DNA of 63,464 bases, counting the filler, from Perkinsus chesapeaki ATCC PRA-425 (taxonomy: Eukaryota; Protista; Perkinsozoa), in the NCBI GenBank assembly GCA_013115145.1. It is 11 parts of 11 records of this genome, joined end to end, with 100 filler letters (N's around TTAATTAATTAA, not from the genome) between each part and the next. Parts side by side here need not be neighbours in the genome. Positions count along the whole stretch, not along the records: positions 59,486 to 63,464 come from JAAPAO010001334.1; 10 more parts are not named here. One strand, 5' to 3'. Of this stretch, positions 62,401 through 63,464 are shown one piece after another. The translations under genes were made by a program, and so were the position numbers. A model generated the notes under the pieces. That model was not told the DNA's origin. It did no database searches and saw only the letters and a program-made list of their open reading frames with translations. How positions within the stretch are numbered: the stretch's first letter is position 1; each line of letters starts with the position of its first letter.

Positions 62401-63464
62401 GGCCTTGAAGGTGACGTCCCGCAAAATCGACGCCTATAACAACCGCTCCAAGAACGGTCTGGGGTACCACATGGAATACATGGGGCACTGATTTTTTCTG
62501 GGCAGTGCCGCTTTCATCGAAACTAACCAGGAGGTGAATAATACCAATAGTCTTCAGGAGGCCAGTCCCATCCATCTGGGTCAAGGATACTGAAGGGCCC
62601 GCGTCATCCATTACCCAGCCTTGGGCTTTGACGAAACCAATAGAAATAAGGGATATGTCGCAACCAGTGTCTACTGCGGCTTCGATGGGAACACCTCCAA
62701 CCTCACATATTAGATGTGGACGAACTACATTCGCAAGACGGCATCGTCCACCTGACGTCTTGCTAAGGGAAAACCCGACTCGGCACTGGCAGCACCAGCC
62801 AAAGTAGTATCGCCAGTGCGACTCGGACCATTACCATTGGTGGCCGCCGCCCCACTAACGTTAGATTGTCTCTCAGAGGCCCTTCTCGGACAGTCCCTGG
62901 CCATATGGCCACGCTGACGGCAAGCAAAACACTTGACCCTCTTAAGATCATTGGGCCTGTTTGTTCGTCTCTGGCCACTGCCATGAGACCTTGCCCTGCC
63001 GCACTCGGCAGCCGTGTGGCCTGCTGTTTTACATGCATAACAGTACTTGCCACTTGTGATGCTTGCTGCAGCTAACGCATCACTAGTCTGTGCGTTGTGC
63101 TTGAGAAGTGTACGGGCTTTGACCACGACGTCATTGAGAACCAACTCGCGCCCGTCTTCCTCGAACGCCTCGATAGCTCTTCTCACTTCAGCGGGCATAC
63201 TAGCCATAAGGCTCTCCTTCAGCAAGACCTCTGAAGCAACGGTAGAAGTGACTCCCAGCACACGCAGATAGCGCTTGAACTCAGCGATGACGCCATCAAC
63301 CGAGTCTTTTGGACTCCACTTGTGTGTCGTCAGCAACCTCCAAGCCTCACCAGTCTTCAACGAGTAAGCTTGACCCATGCGCCTAACCACGTGGGAGTAG
63401 ACCCTATCATTCTCGGGCTCGTCTTCAACCTCGTCAAGTGCCTGACGGGCAACCTCCTTGGCAG
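59486..63464 (-). mobile_element. LTR retrotransposon internal region (gag with two CCHC knuckles; PR-RT-RNaseH-IN), LTRs outside the visible piece
   Basis: gag is open from the window end to 62725 (CYACKTAGHTAAEC, CFACRQRGHMARDC). Protease AVDTGC in the -1 frame. RT CLDFRRLN, LDVKKCY, LPFG, FIDD. RNase H ESDAS, NINEL, HVDN. Integrase HxxxCH..CDIC, SADV, LTDN, NGMIESLH. One in-frame TAG at 62003-62005. Confidence 0.93.

Overview
Intron-rich eukaryotic DNA. It is most consistent with a Perkinsus-type alveolate, which is an inference from 40-55 nt GT-AG introns, Perkinsus-style secreted protein families and dinoflagellate-like DIRS elements. The window is not contiguous. Ten identical 100-bp artificial linkers (44 N + TTAATTAATTAA + 44 N) split it into 11 pieces, so nothing can be linked across a linker. 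Host genes: a HIBCH-like fragment, aldo-keto reductase, SWEET transporter, TPR protein, topoisomerase III alpha (partial), type I isopentenyl-diphosphate isomerase plus a pseudogene duplicate, several secreted Cys-rich proteins, and a J-domain/FN3 protein family. Mobile DNA: one complete recent LTR retrotransposon (207-bp LTRs, GAATC target-site duplication), two further gypsy-like fragments, a degenerate DIRS-type tyrosine-recombinase retroelement and DNA-transposon-like ends. The standout is a 2.5-kb piece (44021-46501). It carries a totivirus-like dsRNA-virus RdRp, cut at motif E and joined directly to the RNase H tail of a DIRS-type retroelement, which looks like retrotransposon-mediated capture of an RNA virus genome. 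Other oddities: a tRNA-like gene lacking its anticodon arm, and a J-domain+FN3 cassette that is AT-rich and homogenised between paralogues while its flanks are GC-rich and diverged.
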